This document shows, one piece after another, positions 9,596 through 19,409 of a stretch of DNA of 64,000 nt (positions are counted from its first letter, which is position 1; the number at the start of each line of letters is the position of its first letter). The position numbers and the translations under genes were made by a program. The notes below the pieces were generated by a model. That model did not search any database. It had not been told where the DNA came from and was given only the letters and a program-made list of their open reading frames with translations. The stretch lies in the IMG/VR virus record IMGVR_UViG_3300026521_000571, one strand, 5' to 3'. This DNA is from a virus. Taxonomy: Duplodnaviria; Heunggongvirae; Uroviricota; Caudoviricetes.

Positions 9596-10882
9596 TTATC
9601 CTCCTATTTTATTTCTGATTTTTTCATTCAATGCAATCTCTAATCCAAAACGCAATTGGACACTTTCATCATAGAGCTCTTGTGCCCTTCGCATTGAAAT
9701 ATTTTGAGATCTCGCAAACTCTTTTAAAAATGGATTAAAGAATCTAAATTTAAAACCCAAGATTAAACATTTTTTGATCGAGGCATCAAATTCATTATCC
9801 TCTATTGAAACATTATATGCCAATGGAATTGCATCCATATATTTGGCAGCTTCCGTATCAAAAAGATCATAAATTAAATCTAAAAATTTTTTTTTAGATT
9901 CTGTTACAGATATTTCATGACCAGGTCTTTCTGGTTCACCTGCCAAAAGAAGTCCTTTAAAAAGACTGCTTCTTTTTTGTCTAGGTTGGTTTATAAACCA
10001 ACATTTGAAATCTTTTTTCAATGTCTTGAAATCAAAATAATTTTTATTATTTCTTATAAAATCATTTAATTTCAAAGACGGTACCACATCGAAACTAAGA
10101 ATATCATTTAATATTATTGGTAATGGACCTATTTTTCTATAAAGCCATTTATAAAATTCATGATCTCGTACATTCGACAGCCAATTAATAAAAGAATCAT
10201 TAGCTATACCATTTATGAATTGAAAAAGATTAAAGTTTTTAACTTTGGTTGTTTTCAGGACACCTACCAAATAATTTCTCCTATAGTTTATTCCAGAAAA
10301 AATAAGACCCATGTAATAACTTTTTTTATTTAGATCAATAGATTTTGGCTTAAATTTAATAAAGAACTTCTCAAAAGCAGCTACATTATAATCGAGTCCT
10401 CCTCGGAAGACCCCAAGACTTTCGAATAAATTTGCAGCAAATTTAGTAAATTCTTTTTCGCTAAAAGAACCCGTTGATTTATAACAATCGACATACTCAG
10501 ATAAAATTAAAGAAGCCATCTGAATTTTTCTAGGCGAATTTTTAACCAAGTCCTTAAAATTTAATCTTAATCTTGATTCTGTTTTGCTTACACTTTCGGG
10601 AGATTTTAGTAAAAACATTTCTTCCAAAATACCAGGATGATGTCTTATTAAATTCAAAAAGAATTTGAGGACAATAGAGTTCAAAAACACTCTATTGTCC
10701 TCAATAAGACGAAATTTGAATTTATTACTTGTAGGAATAGATTTAAACATTGCACTCAGATTCAATGCTTCTGGCAAAATCTCTTCACCTGGAATTACTC
10801 GCAAAGATTTTATTTTTTCATGTAAGATTTGGGCATCTTGCATGAAAAACTCTCTTGTTTTTTCATAGTCGTTCATTTTCAT
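9596..10882 (-). CDS. Hypothetical protein (428 aa)
   Basis: Long ORF, tightly packed with its neighbours. Confidence 0.55.
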   Translation of the reverse strand: MKMNDYEKTREFFMQDAQILHEKIKSLRVIPGEEILPEALNLSAMFKSIPTSNKFKFRLIEDNRVFLNSIVLKFFLNLIRHHPGILEEMFLLKSPESVSKTESRLRLNFKDLVKNSPRKIQMASLILSEYVDCYKSTGSFSEKEFTKFAANLFESLGVFRGGLDYNVAAFEKFFIKFKPKSIDLNKKSYYMGLIFSGINYRRNYLVGVLKTTKVKNFNLFQFINGIANDSFINWLSNVRDHEFYKWLYRKIGPLPIILNDILSFDVVPSLKLNDFIRNNKNYFDFKTLKKDFKCWFINQPRQKRSSLFKGLLLAGEPERPGHEISVTESKKKFLDLIYDLFDTEAAKYMDAIPLAYNVSIEDNEFDASIKKCLILGFKFRFFNPFLKEFARSQNISMRRAQELYDESVQLRFGLEIALNEKIRNKIGG

Positions 10883-10906
10883 TTCAATACCTTTACATTT
10901 CGCATT

Positions 10907-12283
10907 TTAGAATGGAATTTGCATACCTGATTCTACATACGAAGAAGGACTATCATATTTGCGTTTGATATTATCCAAATCCTTCAAATTAACTATGTAT
11001 ATATTTAGTCCGGCGTCATTAAGCCCACCAATTAATGTTTGTATTTCTTCAGTCACATCTTCCATGTTCCATATGATAATTGGAAAATCATTATCTTGAA
11101 CACAAGTGGTAATAGTGACACCATTTTGAATCAAAGTTGTAGCTAGTTTTACCATTTGATTTAGATCTCTTATAAGAACTTCTGTTAATCGAATCGCGGT
11201 AATATCAGTCCGGTATCCAATAAACTTTTTTTGAAAGTATTCGAAACATTCATGAACTCTTTCAATTGCAGTTATTTGGAACTGCGAACGTAAAAGTTCT
11301 TGATCAATTAATCGATTTTCATTTCCAATAGTATAAATGAGTTCTTCTGCACTCATTTTGCTATAAAGTTCTTCTGGATACTTGCAATCTTTTAGCAAAT
11401 CCCTGGCGATCAGTTTTATATTAGATGAACCAGATATTGTATTGAATTTAATATCTCCAAAAATTACATTATTTATTAAAAAACTAAATTCTTTAAATGA
11501 TATAAGTTCAGATACTGTTTCAATAAAATCGATGAAATATTTATTGAGTCCGGATGACACAAGTAATAAATGCACCATATCTGATATTCCACTCGAATCT
11601 ATATTCCCAATTAGTAAACCATTCTCGCTATTTTTATAATATAAATAGTATGCTAATATTTTGCCAGGTTTTATGGATAGTTTTATTGAGTTGAGTCTTT
11701 TTAAAGCTTCAACTATAACACTCATATTGAATCGATCATTATAACTAAAACTGATATAAAAAGATACTGCGAAAATTTTTGCAATATCTTGATTTAAATC
11801 AAATTGATTTAAATCACGGTTCTCAATACCTTTGATATATTTTCTAACAAGAAGTATCATAAATCCAGGAGAACTATCTAACATAATTCTATAATCAGAT
11901 GTTCGTAAATAACTAGAAAAATGACAATCTGAGTTCCTGAACTTGATTTGAATACTCGGAAGCATTTTGAAAAATATATCAGGTTTCTCTTGGATTAATA
12001 GAGCATAAAATTGTATTCGAATATTTTTAACTCTATTTAATATCTCTTGAAGATCCTTAAGATTTATAATTTTACTAGATGAGTATTTTTTAATAACAGA
12101 AGATTGCCTCTGAATTTTTTTTAAGTTTATTATTAACTCAAAATAATTCTGAGGAACTGTCTGACAAATATCTTTAAGTATTTTAATATCATTACTTATT
12201 TTAATGTACTCGTCTTCAAAATCTTTTAGAATAATGGAGTCGAGTTCAAAAGAACTCGACTCCATTAATATTACATCTTGCAT
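10907..12283 (-). CDS. Hypothetical protein (458 aa)
   Basis: Long ORF. Confidence 0.55.
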   Translation of the reverse strand: MQDVILMESSSFELDSIILKDFEDEYIKISNDIKILKDICQTVPQNYFELIINLKKIQRQSSVIKKYSSSKIINLKDLQEILNRVKNIRIQFYALLIQEKPDIFFKMLPSIQIKFRNSDCHFSSYLRTSDYRIMLDSSPGFMILLVRKYIKGIENRDLNQFDLNQDIAKIFAVSFYISFSYNDRFNMSVIVEALKRLNSIKLSIKPGKILAYYLYYKNSENGLLIGNIDSSGISDMVHLLLVSSGLNKYFIDFIETVSELISFKEFSFLINNVIFGDIKFNTISGSSNIKLIARDLLKDCKYPEELYSKMSAEELIYTIGNENRLIDQELLRSQFQITAIERVHECFEYFQKKFIGYRTDITAIRLTEVLIRDLNQMVKLATTLIQNGVTITTCVQDNDFPIIIWNMEDVTEEIQTLIGGLNDAGLNIYIVNLKDLDNIKRKYDSPSSYVESGMQIPF

Positions 12284-12324
12284 ATTTTTAACCTTTCAAT
12301 TTCTTTTCAATTTCTATAAGATTT

Positions 12325-13314
12325 TTAATCTATAATATCAGCTTTCATAAGAAGCTGAGGTTTTTCGCCACCGGGGGCATAAACTTTAGGATTTGCCCCA
12401 TCCCAATTTTTAACTTTAATATAATCAAGAAGTTCTCCTTTAATAGATCCACTGATGATTTTATTTGCTTCTGCTTGAGCTTTAGCTTTTTGTAAAATAC
12501 TATAAGCTTCAGCATCCGCCTGAAGCTTTTTCTTTTCTGCTTGAGCTTTAGCTTGGGTAGTAACCTCAATTAGCTTTGTCTCAGCATTGATTCTAGCAAT
12601 ATCTTGCTTCTTCTTCGCTTGTCCCTCAACACGGATTAGTCTTTGCTCTTCTTGCTTCGCCTCTTGAACCTGTTTAATTTTTTTAGTAACGGATTCCGGA
12701 AGTACTATGTTTCTTAAGGACACTTGTTTAATGATAAAAGGACTACCTTTAAAAGCTTCAGGTAGTTTTTGATTTAAAGCAACATTTATAAGATCACGAT
12801 CAAAAGCAATCTTCTCCGCCTCAAATTTACCAATAACATTACGCACAACATCTCTTATGATAGGATTTATACCTTTGTCAAAATAATTCCAACCATATTT
12901 TTGCAGGATATATGGTGCTTGTCTTGCATCAGGCACAAACTGCACTGTCAGTTCAACCGCAATTGGTAGAGTGTTTTTATCTTTCGCCATAATATATGGC
13001 AAATTATAAACTTCGTTATTTGATTTACCGCCATTTGATTTATAATTTACACTATGAACCCTTACACTAAATCTTTCGACTTCCTGAATAAAAGGCATCT
13101 TGAAATGTAAACCTGGAGCTACTGGTTTTTCACTATATTTTGCAAAGGTTGAAAGAATACCAACTTCAGAACTTTTAATAGTATATGAAGTTTTGCTTGC
13201 AATAATAAAGGCTGTTGTAGTCAGCACCGCACCTATAATAACTTTTTTATTTAAGAATTTACTAAACCCAGCGACCATTTCTTGCACACCATTCATTTGA
13301 TTTTCATTATACAT
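12325..13314 (-). CDS. SPFH/band-7 (prohibitin/HflK-like) domain membrane protein
   Basis: N-terminal TM helix (IIGAVLTTTAFIIASK); band-7-like core; C-terminal Ala/Lys/Gln/Glu-rich coiled coil (QAKAQAEKKKLQADAEAYSILQKAKAQAE) typical of SPFH proteins. Confidence 0.7.
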   Translation of the reverse strand: MYNENQMNGVQEMVAGFSKFLNKKVIIGAVLTTTAFIIASKTSYTIKSSEVGILSTFAKYSEKPVAPGLHFKMPFIQEVERFSVRVHSVNYKSNGGKSNNEVYNLPYIMAKDKNTLPIAVELTVQFVPDARQAPYILQKYGWNYFDKGINPIIRDVVRNVIGKFEAEKIAFDRDLINVALNQKLPEAFKGSPFIIKQVSLRNIVLPESVTKKIKQVQEAKQEEQRLIRVEGQAKKKQDIARINAETKLIEVTTQAKAQAEKKKLQADAEAYSILQKAKAQAEANKIISGSIKGELLDYIKVKNWDGANPKVYAPGGEKPQLLMKADIID

Positions 13315-13332
13315 GTTTCCACCTTATTTATT

Positions 13333-13536
13333 TTATTTAAAATTTTTATTTAATAGGATAAGTGTATCCCAAACTAGACCAAGAATAGGAATTAGAGAAG
13401 TTAATCCAGTTATAAACATAAAGATATTGAAGTTTTGAATATCTTCAATATCTTTAAGATCTACTCTAGTTTTGGCCTTAAAAATAAGTCCAATTGCAAT
13501 TAATACTTGCACTATAATAATTATAAACCAAAACAT
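13333..13536 (-). CDS. Small membrane protein (67 aa, two TM helices); possible NfeD-like partner of the SPFH protein
   Basis: Hydrophobic composition; lies directly downstream of the SPFH gene. Confidence 0.4.
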   Translation of the reverse strand: MFWFIIIIVQVLIAIGLIFKAKTRVDLKDIEDIQNFNIFMFITGLTSLIPILGLVWDTLILLNKNFK

Positions 13537-14078
13537 TATTTTTCCTCCATTTTAAATATTTGCCAATCTTGAGCCAAAATGTCAGTTTGACTCGCAAGCC
13601 AAGGAACCATTTTATCATCAGCAGTCTTCATAGTTATATGTGGTTCATAAATAACTGGTTTTTCACCAAATATATTTTTGACCACTTGACAATCCGTTTC
13701 TAAAATCCCTTTCCCTGGTACCATAAATATAAACATACCTTTGCCGTTCCAGCCGGCACGCTGCACAGCATGTCCATTTCTCATCAGAGAGATTGCTTCA
13801 CCAAATCCAAATGGATAATCATTGCTCGCATAATTCTTTGAGAAAAATTCTGCATTGACAAACCAGAAATTTTTCTCATCTGTTGCAATAAAACCAACTG
13901 TTGTATCACAATCTTTCTTTTGACTAATAATTTTTTTATCATCCTCTGCAAAAGAAACAGGTATTCCATCTATCCCATTCACCATTGCGTCGAATGCTTC
14001 TTTACCATTAACTTCTGCTTGCATTACAAAAGTTCTTTTTCTCATATAACTTTTAAAATTCATTTTATTTTTATGCAT
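13536..14078 (-). CDS. Protein with a C-terminal DUF2829 / Tad2-like domain (180 aa)
   Basis: C-terminal NGHAVQRAGWNGKGMFIF ... PHITMKTADDKMVPWLASQTDILAQDWQI closely matches my recollection of the DUF2829 (anti-Thoeris Tad2) signature (RxGWNGKGMY ... KTAD..VPWLASQ.DLLAEDW); recollection, not a database hit. Confidence 0.6.
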   Translation of the reverse strand: MHKNKMNFKSYMRKRTFVMQAEVNGKEAFDAMVNGIDGIPVSFAEDDKKIISQKKDCDTTVGFIATDEKNFWFVNAEFFSKNYASNDYPFGFGEAISLMRNGHAVQRAGWNGKGMFIFMVPGKGILETDCQVVKNIFGEKPVIYEPHITMKTADDKMVPWLASQTDILAQDWQIFKMEEK

Positions 14079-14157
14079 TTTTTTCCTTTAATGTTTTTAA
14101 TATTCATAAGCCTACTTCAAAGTAGGCACCTACGGTATAATAATATTACTATCTATT

Positions 14158-14502
14158 CTACATATTTTCCTCCTTTAAAATATAGAAAATAAAGTCGCTT
14201 GAGTTGCCAAGTGGGTCTTGGCTCTTATCTCTCACTAGTTCATTAATTGATCTTAGAGTAATTAATTTCTCTTTTTGGCTGATAAAATCCAGACTCAAAT
14301 TTGGACATATATAATCAACATCCGTTTCAAACTCACCTAGCTCAATTTTATTTGAGTGCACACAGACACTAACGACAGTTGACTCGTTTAGAAATACATC
14401 ATGTATTTCTAAAGGGAAATCTTTTTTAAGGATTTCTTTTTTTAAATTATTTGAATCAATTTCCTCTGGAATAATAATTCCATAAGCTATAATAGATTTC
14501 AT
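14158..14502 (-). CDS. Hypothetical protein (114 aa)
   Basis: ORF; the conserved 35-nt element overlaps its 3' end. Confidence 0.5.
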   Translation of the reverse strand: MKSIIAYGIIIPEEIDSNNLKKEILKKDFPLEIHDVFLNESTVVSVCVHSNKIELGEFETDVDYICPNLSLDFISQKEKLITLRSINELVRDKSQDPLGNSSDFIFYILKEENM

Positions 14503-14514
14503 TTTATTTCCTTT

Positions 14515-15192
14515 TTATAAAATTTGTGAATTAATATCTATTTCTAACATCAATTCACCTTCAGTTTCAGTTATCAATTTATTATAATTATCCGCCTCAT
14601 TAGATAATTCTGCGAGCACTGTATTTTTATTTTCAATACCTAATAATAATACAGTCGCTACTAATATACCAGCCAAAATAATATCATTGCAAAAATTATA
14701 AAGCGTGTTAAAAGACACACATATTGATATCAAACTTAAGTAATAAATCCAAAGTAGTACTGTGTACGCATCAGATATATTACTATTTATAATACTAGTT
14801 GATTTTAAATTATCATAATCTACTGGTACTATAAATTTAGCCTGGTAGTTATAAAAGAAATTTCCTTTTATATCAAATTGGTCATTTTTATTTTTGGCAG
14901 TTGTTCTATCAAAATGTTTAATCGCCTCTTCTTTTTTTTGGGAAAGAGTTCTTTTTAACTCTCTCCCAAAATTTAAAATACATATTCTCTTTTTTTTACT
15001 AGTGTATAAATAATTATACAGATATAAAAAATTATATCCAGTATTATATAAATATATAGCTATCGCTATCGCCGGATAAAACCATAATTGTATGCCATAT
15101 ATTGATCTATATATTACTAATATAATTATTATAAACACGGCGAGCATCATATTAAAATAAATATATATCATATTATCTCCTATCATCCCCAT
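14515..15192 (-). CDS. Integral membrane protein (225 aa, multiple TM helices)
   Basis: Hydrophobic segments. Confidence 0.5.
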   Translation of the reverse strand: MGMIGDNMIYIYFNMMLAVFIIIILVIYRSIYGIQLWFYPAIAIAIYLYNTGYNFLYLYNYLYTSKKKRICILNFGRELKRTLSQKKEEAIKHFDRTTAKNKNDQFDIKGNFFYNYQAKFIVPVDYDNLKSTSIINSNISDAYTVLLWIYYLSLISICVSFNTLYNFCNDIILAGILVATVLLLGIENKNTVLAELSNEADNYNKLITETEGELMLEIDINSQIL

Positions 15193-15748
15193 TTTTATTT
15201 TTTCTCACTAATGAGTCATGATGTGACACTACTAATGGTGCAACAACAATTGAAATACCAATAAATATAAAAATAACTCCACCAAGAGTCTGGGTACTTT
15301 TCTGAACCCCCATTAAACTACCAAATTTGCCTAAAAAAGGAATATAATAATTTATAATATTTGCAAAAGTGAGTCCAATAATAATTAGATATACGTTTAC
15401 CATTTCTATACCGGTAGTATCACCTCTCAATCGTAAAAAGTCAACTTTAAATAAAGAGACTAAATCTAAAAAAGTATATCTCGCAAAATAATATTTTGGA
15501 TTAATATTATTATTTAATTCAATCGTCATTTTTTGTAAAATATACCACTTGAAAATGATGACTATGACCAATCCGGTCGAGTATATATTCCCGACACTAA
15601 TTAGTATATTTATAAATAATAATAATACTATATCCAAAAATAAATTTATTTCAATATAATCCACAATATGATTGAGTGGACTAAAATTAACTTTATTTGA
15701 GATATATGAATGGATAATTTTATTTATATTAAAATATTTCATAATCAA
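15173..15748 (-). CDS. Integral membrane protein (191 aa)
   Basis: Hydrophobic segments; overlaps neighbours as in an operon. Confidence 0.5.
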   Translation of the reverse strand: MIMKYFNINKIIHSYISNKVNFSPLNHIVDYIEINLFLDIVLLLFINILISVGNIYSTGLVIVIIFKWYILQKMTIELNNNINPKYYFARYTFLDLVSLFKVDFLRLRGDTTGIEMVNVYLIIIGLTFANIINYYIPFLGKFGSLMGVQKSTQTLGGVIFIFIGISIVVAPLVVSHHDSLVRKNKNGDDRR

Positions 15749-15989
15749 ATACTCCTCCTTGAGTAGTTAATTCATCAACATTAATCTGATTAATGAGAAT
15801 ATTATTAAGTATCAAATTCAATGCCTTTTTAAATTTACGGTTAGACATCTTTTTTAGAAATTCATCTGTAAGAAGAATTTCTAAAATAAAAAGATTAATA
15901 TCTTTATTAATATCTATACCGTATCGGCCAAAAAAGATATTAATATAATCTTTTCTTTTCTTTTCTCTCCGATCATAATCGATTTTCAT
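15729..15989 (-). CDS. Hypothetical protein (86 aa)
   Basis: ORF at the head of a minus-strand operon. Confidence 0.45.
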   Translation of the reverse strand: MKIDYDRREKKRKDYINIFFGRYGIDINKDINLFILEILLTDEFLKKMSNRKFKKALNLILNNILINQINVDELTTQGGVFDYEIF

Positions 15990-16020
15990 ATTTACTCCTT
16001 TATTTTAAAATAAAAAATAA

Positions 16021-16300
16021 AAATTAGCCTATTTTAGACAACCTTAAAGAACTTACCCGATGTAAGTTCAATATAATTATTTATATACTAAATTAAGTAA
16101 TTCTAATTATTTAGAAAATGCAAAAGCTAAATGTTTACATCGGCTTGAGTGCTTTAGCACTCGAAGCAATTAAATTAGAAAATGATTTATTTATAATAAT
16201 CATTTCTTGAAGACACTATGTTGGTTTATAAACCAACATAGTGTCGAATTATTTAGAAAATACAAAAGCTAAATGTTTACATCGGCTTGAGTTATAAATA
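16021..16300. promoter_or_regulatory. Divergent intergenic hub holding a ~70-bp promoter-like element (16021..16089), two copies of the GTTTACA-containing motif (16121..16150 and 16262..16290), hairpin gagtgct-tt-agcactc, and a ~100-bp element with a 34-bp perfect palindrome gacactatgttggtttataaaccaacatagtgtc (16212..16245)
   Basis: Seen directly; elements repeated at 24317..24388, 41811..41890 and 42162..42260. Confidence 0.7.
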
Positions 16301-16350
16301 ATCACTATATAAATATTAAAGCATAAGGAAAATATACATAAAGGAAATAT

Positions 16351-16953
16351 ATGCAAAAAATTAGTATTACTCGAGCACTTGCGAATATTAAACTTCTTGA
16401 TAAAAGAATTCGTAAAAAAATAAATACTAGTATATTTATTAAAATAAAACAGACAAATGAAAATACTGATTTAATTTCAAAAGAGATAAAATCAGATAAT
16501 AGATCAATTAATGATTTAATTAAGGAAAGAAATAAACTTAAAAAATTAATTATGATTTCTAATGCAAATACCAAAGTTAATATTGCAGGTGTAACTATGT
16601 CTGTCCAAGAAGCGATAGAACGTAAAAATTCAATCGAATATGAAGAATATTTACTCGAAGAGCTTAAAAGACAATATAGTAATATTGCTTCGGAGGTTGA
16701 AAAGATTAATTCTTTGAATACTGAAAGATTTGATCAATTAATTAATTCAAATTTTAGCAAAGATATAAAAGCAAATAACCAAGAATACCAAGCATTGTAT
16801 AATACATTCTGGGAATCAAATAAAACTGAAGTTATTGATCCACTTAACTTAAAAGAGGTAATAGATAAACTATCCGAATTTATTGATAGTTTTAATTCAG
16901 AGATAGATTTAGTGCTTTCGGAAAGTAACGCTAGAACTGAAATTGAAATTTAA
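16351..16953 (+). CDS. Hypothetical protein (200 aa)
   Basis: ORF with AAGGAAA RBS. Confidence 0.55.
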   Translation: MQKISITRALANIKLLDKRIRKKINTSIFIKIKQTNENTDLISKEIKSDNRSINDLIKERNKLKKLIMISNANTKVNIAGVTMSVQEAIERKNSIEYEEYLLEELKRQYSNIASEVEKINSLNTERFDQLINSNFSKDIKANNQEYQALYNTFWESNKTEVIDPLNLKEVIDKLSEFIDSFNSEIDLVLSESNARTEIEI

Positions 16954-17196
16954 ATTTTAATTCCTCCATATTCTACGAAAATATATAAGTCGGTAACCTC
17001 ACTGGTATTAAAGATTAACCGAGATAATCGCCCAGTGCAAATAAATATTTAATAATATAAAAGTTCAAAAATTATATTTTATATTTTAATATTTAAATAT
17101 CAACTTTAATAATTTCTAAAATTTAACTTTTTAAAGTTTTTTAAAAATCCACGGTTTTGGTTTATGCTTATTATATTATCCACGTGGCTGTAGTTT

Positions 17197-17445
17197 ATGG
17201 ACCAAAGATTAAAAATCAAATTGGAGAAAATAATGTCAAAAAGATTTAGTCATCTTCAAGATTTGGTATTAAATATAGAAGAAAGGAAAGATATTAAAAA
17301 GAGTTTCGAATATTCAAATAAACTTACAATTGAATCTTTCTATATTGATAAAGAATCTCGTGAAGAAATTACGGACATCTATGAGTTCGAAATAACTCCT
17401 CAGGAGTTATTTAAAATAGTTGAAGTCATGAAGACTTTTAAATAA
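17197..17445 (+). CDS. Hypothetical protein (82 aa)
   Basis: ORF. Confidence 0.45.
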   Translation: MDQRLKIKLEKIMSKRFSHLQDLVLNIEERKDIKKSFEYSNKLTIESFYIDKESREEITDIYEFEITPQELFKIVEVMKTFK

Positions 17446-17479
17446 TTAATTATACTACCCAAGTTCAAAGGATATTAAA

Positions 17480-17971
17480 ATGGAAAAAATCAATGCAGTA
17501 AACTTAAGTGGAATCTTTAAAACTGAGCAAGTTACACCAACATTCACAAAGCAAATTCTTGAAATGAATTCTAAAGATAGAGATGGACAATGGCGTCCAG
17601 CACATCTAGATATTTATATAAAAGATGATATTAAGCAAGCAGCTGGCCTTCAAGAAGGATCAGAAATTAAGGTTAAAGGTTGGATTGCATTTAATTTTGC
17701 TTCAGGTGGAAGAGCATTTCCTAAGGTAATAGTTACTGAAATCGAAGAAGTTGAATTAGCTTCTCCAGATAATCAGCAACCAACCCAACAACAAGCTGGA
17801 ATACCACCAATGCCAGGAATGCCTCCACAACCAATGGCCCCAAATACACCACCAGTACAACCTCTTGATTCAATGCCAGGAATGCCTCCACAACCAATGG
17901 CTCCAAATACACCACCTGTACAACCTGCACCAGGTATTCCAACACCTCCTGGAATGTCTACTCCATTCTAA
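17480..17971 (+). CDS. Hypothetical protein (163 aa) with a duplicated Pro-rich C-terminus (MPGMPPQPMAPNTPPVQP twice)
   Basis: ORF with AAGGA RBS; 54-bp coding repeat at about 17807..17862 and 17872..17928. Confidence 0.55.
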   Translation: MEKINAVNLSGIFKTEQVTPTFTKQILEMNSKDRDGQWRPAHLDIYIKDDIKQAAGLQEGSEIKVKGWIAFNFASGGRAFPKVIVTEIEEVELASPDNQQPTQQQAGIPPMPGMPPQPMAPNTPPVQPLDSMPGMPPQPMAPNTPPVQPAPGIPTPPGMSTPF

Positions 17972-17977
17972 GATTAA

Positions 17978-18001
17978 TTCTAAGCCATAACTGGCTTAGA
18001 A
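17978..18001 (+). terminator. Perfect 10-bp stem-loop (ttctaagcca-taact-ggcttagaa) after 17480..17971
   Basis: Seen directly. Confidence 0.5.
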
Positions 18002-18094
18002 TTAATCAAACCTCCACCTCCCATAATACATCACCCTTACTTTAAAAATCTTCGATATTTTCAACAAAATTAAAACAATATCGGAGAAAAATAA

Positions 18095-18670
18095 ATGACA
18101 ACTTATGAAATAGATGTTAAAGAGTTACATCAAAAACTTAATGATATTCAGAATTGCATTACTAATTTTACGAGGATAGAAATCCAAAGCAATGATTTTT
18201 ATCAAAAAATGGTAGAATTAAATAAAGAGAATCCAGAATATTATGGACTCGTTCAAGCAATGATTATGCTTTTTAGTAAAATGGAAACATCAAATAAACA
18301 ATTCCAAGAAAATGTTTATGATTATAGTGTTAAATGTTTAGATTTAAAAAAATATGCTTTGGATATAATATCTCAACAAGAAGAAGAAATTAAAAAATTG
18401 CGTTCTTCCGTGCCTAAAATAGAGTCAAAAAGAACTGAAATTAAATCAAAATCAGTTACCGGAGGATTCAAAACATTATTTTTAAAAGCATTTAATGATA
18501 ATCCTAAAGAATTTTTTAAAATAACATTATTATTTTCAACTATATTTTTATTTATTTTAATGATAGTGCTTGAAATATTTAAACCAAAAATAATTGATTC
18601 GAGTATTAATCACATAGATACAATTATAAAAACAGCTTATATAAAAGATATTAAAAAGGATGGAGAATAA
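18095..18670 (+). CDS. Hypothetical protein (191 aa) with a C-terminal TM helix
   Basis: ORF with GGAGAAAA RBS; hydrophobic segment LLFSTIFLFILMIVLEIF. Confidence 0.5.
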   Translation: MTTYEIDVKELHQKLNDIQNCITNFTRIEIQSNDFYQKMVELNKENPEYYGLVQAMIMLFSKMETSNKQFQENVYDYSVKCLDLKKYALDIISQQEEEIKKLRSSVPKIESKRTEIKSKSVTGGFKTLFLKAFNDNPKEFFKITLLFSTIFLFILMIVLEIFKPKIIDSSINHIDTIIKTAYIKDIKKDGE

Positions 18671-19409
18671 GATGGAGAATAATATATTTAAAAAAATTAA
18701 AAAAGTTATCCAGGGATTTATTAATAATGTTTATAATGAAGACCTAGTTGAAGAGAAACATATTCCAAAAACAACGCCCTTTGAACTCAGGCAAATATAT
18801 AGAGAAAATAGAGTTGATTGGAACTCTATCGAAACAATACATAACTATGATTCGGACAATGATTTTCATATATTAATTGCTGATGATAATCAAGGAGCAT
18901 TGGCATTGCTTGAAATAGATCTGGATATGTTAATGGGGACTAGTAAAATTGCCTCAGATAATAAAATAATTAAAAAAGAAGTAATTGAGTTAATAAGAAC
19001 TATAGAAAAAGAAAATATCTCCCTAGACTTTCTAAAGGTTGGTGGTGATTTTGCACCATATAGTATATATAAAAAACTAGAAGACGATTCAAATTTTAGA
19101 GTAGATTTTGCAGTAATTGATATCATATTTGGTGGTATTGTTTATAAAGATAATTCTCCTATAAAAATAGACGGAATTGATCTTGCGGCATATATCCTAG
19201 ATAAAAATCCAGAAGCAGTGATAATATTATTCACTGGGAGCAGTTTATCAAAAAATTCACTAGAGTATCAAAAGATTCATCAAAAACTTGGGGAATCTTT
19301 CTTTGATAATAATATCCAATTAAAGACCCCAAATTTTGATGAAAGATTAACGTTTTTTATAAAACATTTGAAAAAATCTTTGAATATATTTAAGAGGAGA
19401 TTTAAATGA
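18660..19409 (+). CDS. Putative receiver (REC)-like protein (249 aa), tentative
   Basis: HILIADDNQG (hhhhDD), AVIDIIFGG and IILFTGSS resemble REC beta1, beta3 and beta4 signatures but spacing is atypical; translationally coupled to the histidine kinase gene. Confidence 0.35.
   Translation: MENKMENNIFKKIKKVIQGFINNVYNEDLVEEKHIPKTTPFELRQIYRENRVDWNSIETIHNYDSDNDFHILIADDNQGALALLEIDLDMLMGTSKIASDNKIIKKEVIELIRTIEKENISLDFLKVGGDFAPYSIYKKLEDDSNFRVDFAVIDIIFGGIVYKDNSPIKIDGIDLAAYILDKNPEAVIILFTGSSLSKNSLEYQKIHQKLGESFFDNNIQLKTPNFDERLTFFIKHLKKSLNIFKRRFK

Noticed and set aside
16305-16574. 89-aa hydrophobic minus-strand ORF overlapping 16351..16953
   Set aside because: AT-rich low-complexity reading frame with no RBS. 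The plus-strand gene has an RBS and sits downstream of the promoter-like elements.
16960-17190. Possible tRNA or small RNA in the 240-bp gap before 17197
   Set aside because: No GTTCRANYC T-loop or cloverleaf could be found by eye. Without a tool scan I cannot support an RNA gene, and none was apparent elsewhere in the window.
17733-17945. 70-aa minus-strand ORF opposite the Pro-rich repeat
   Set aside because: Antisense artefact of the repeated coding sequence.
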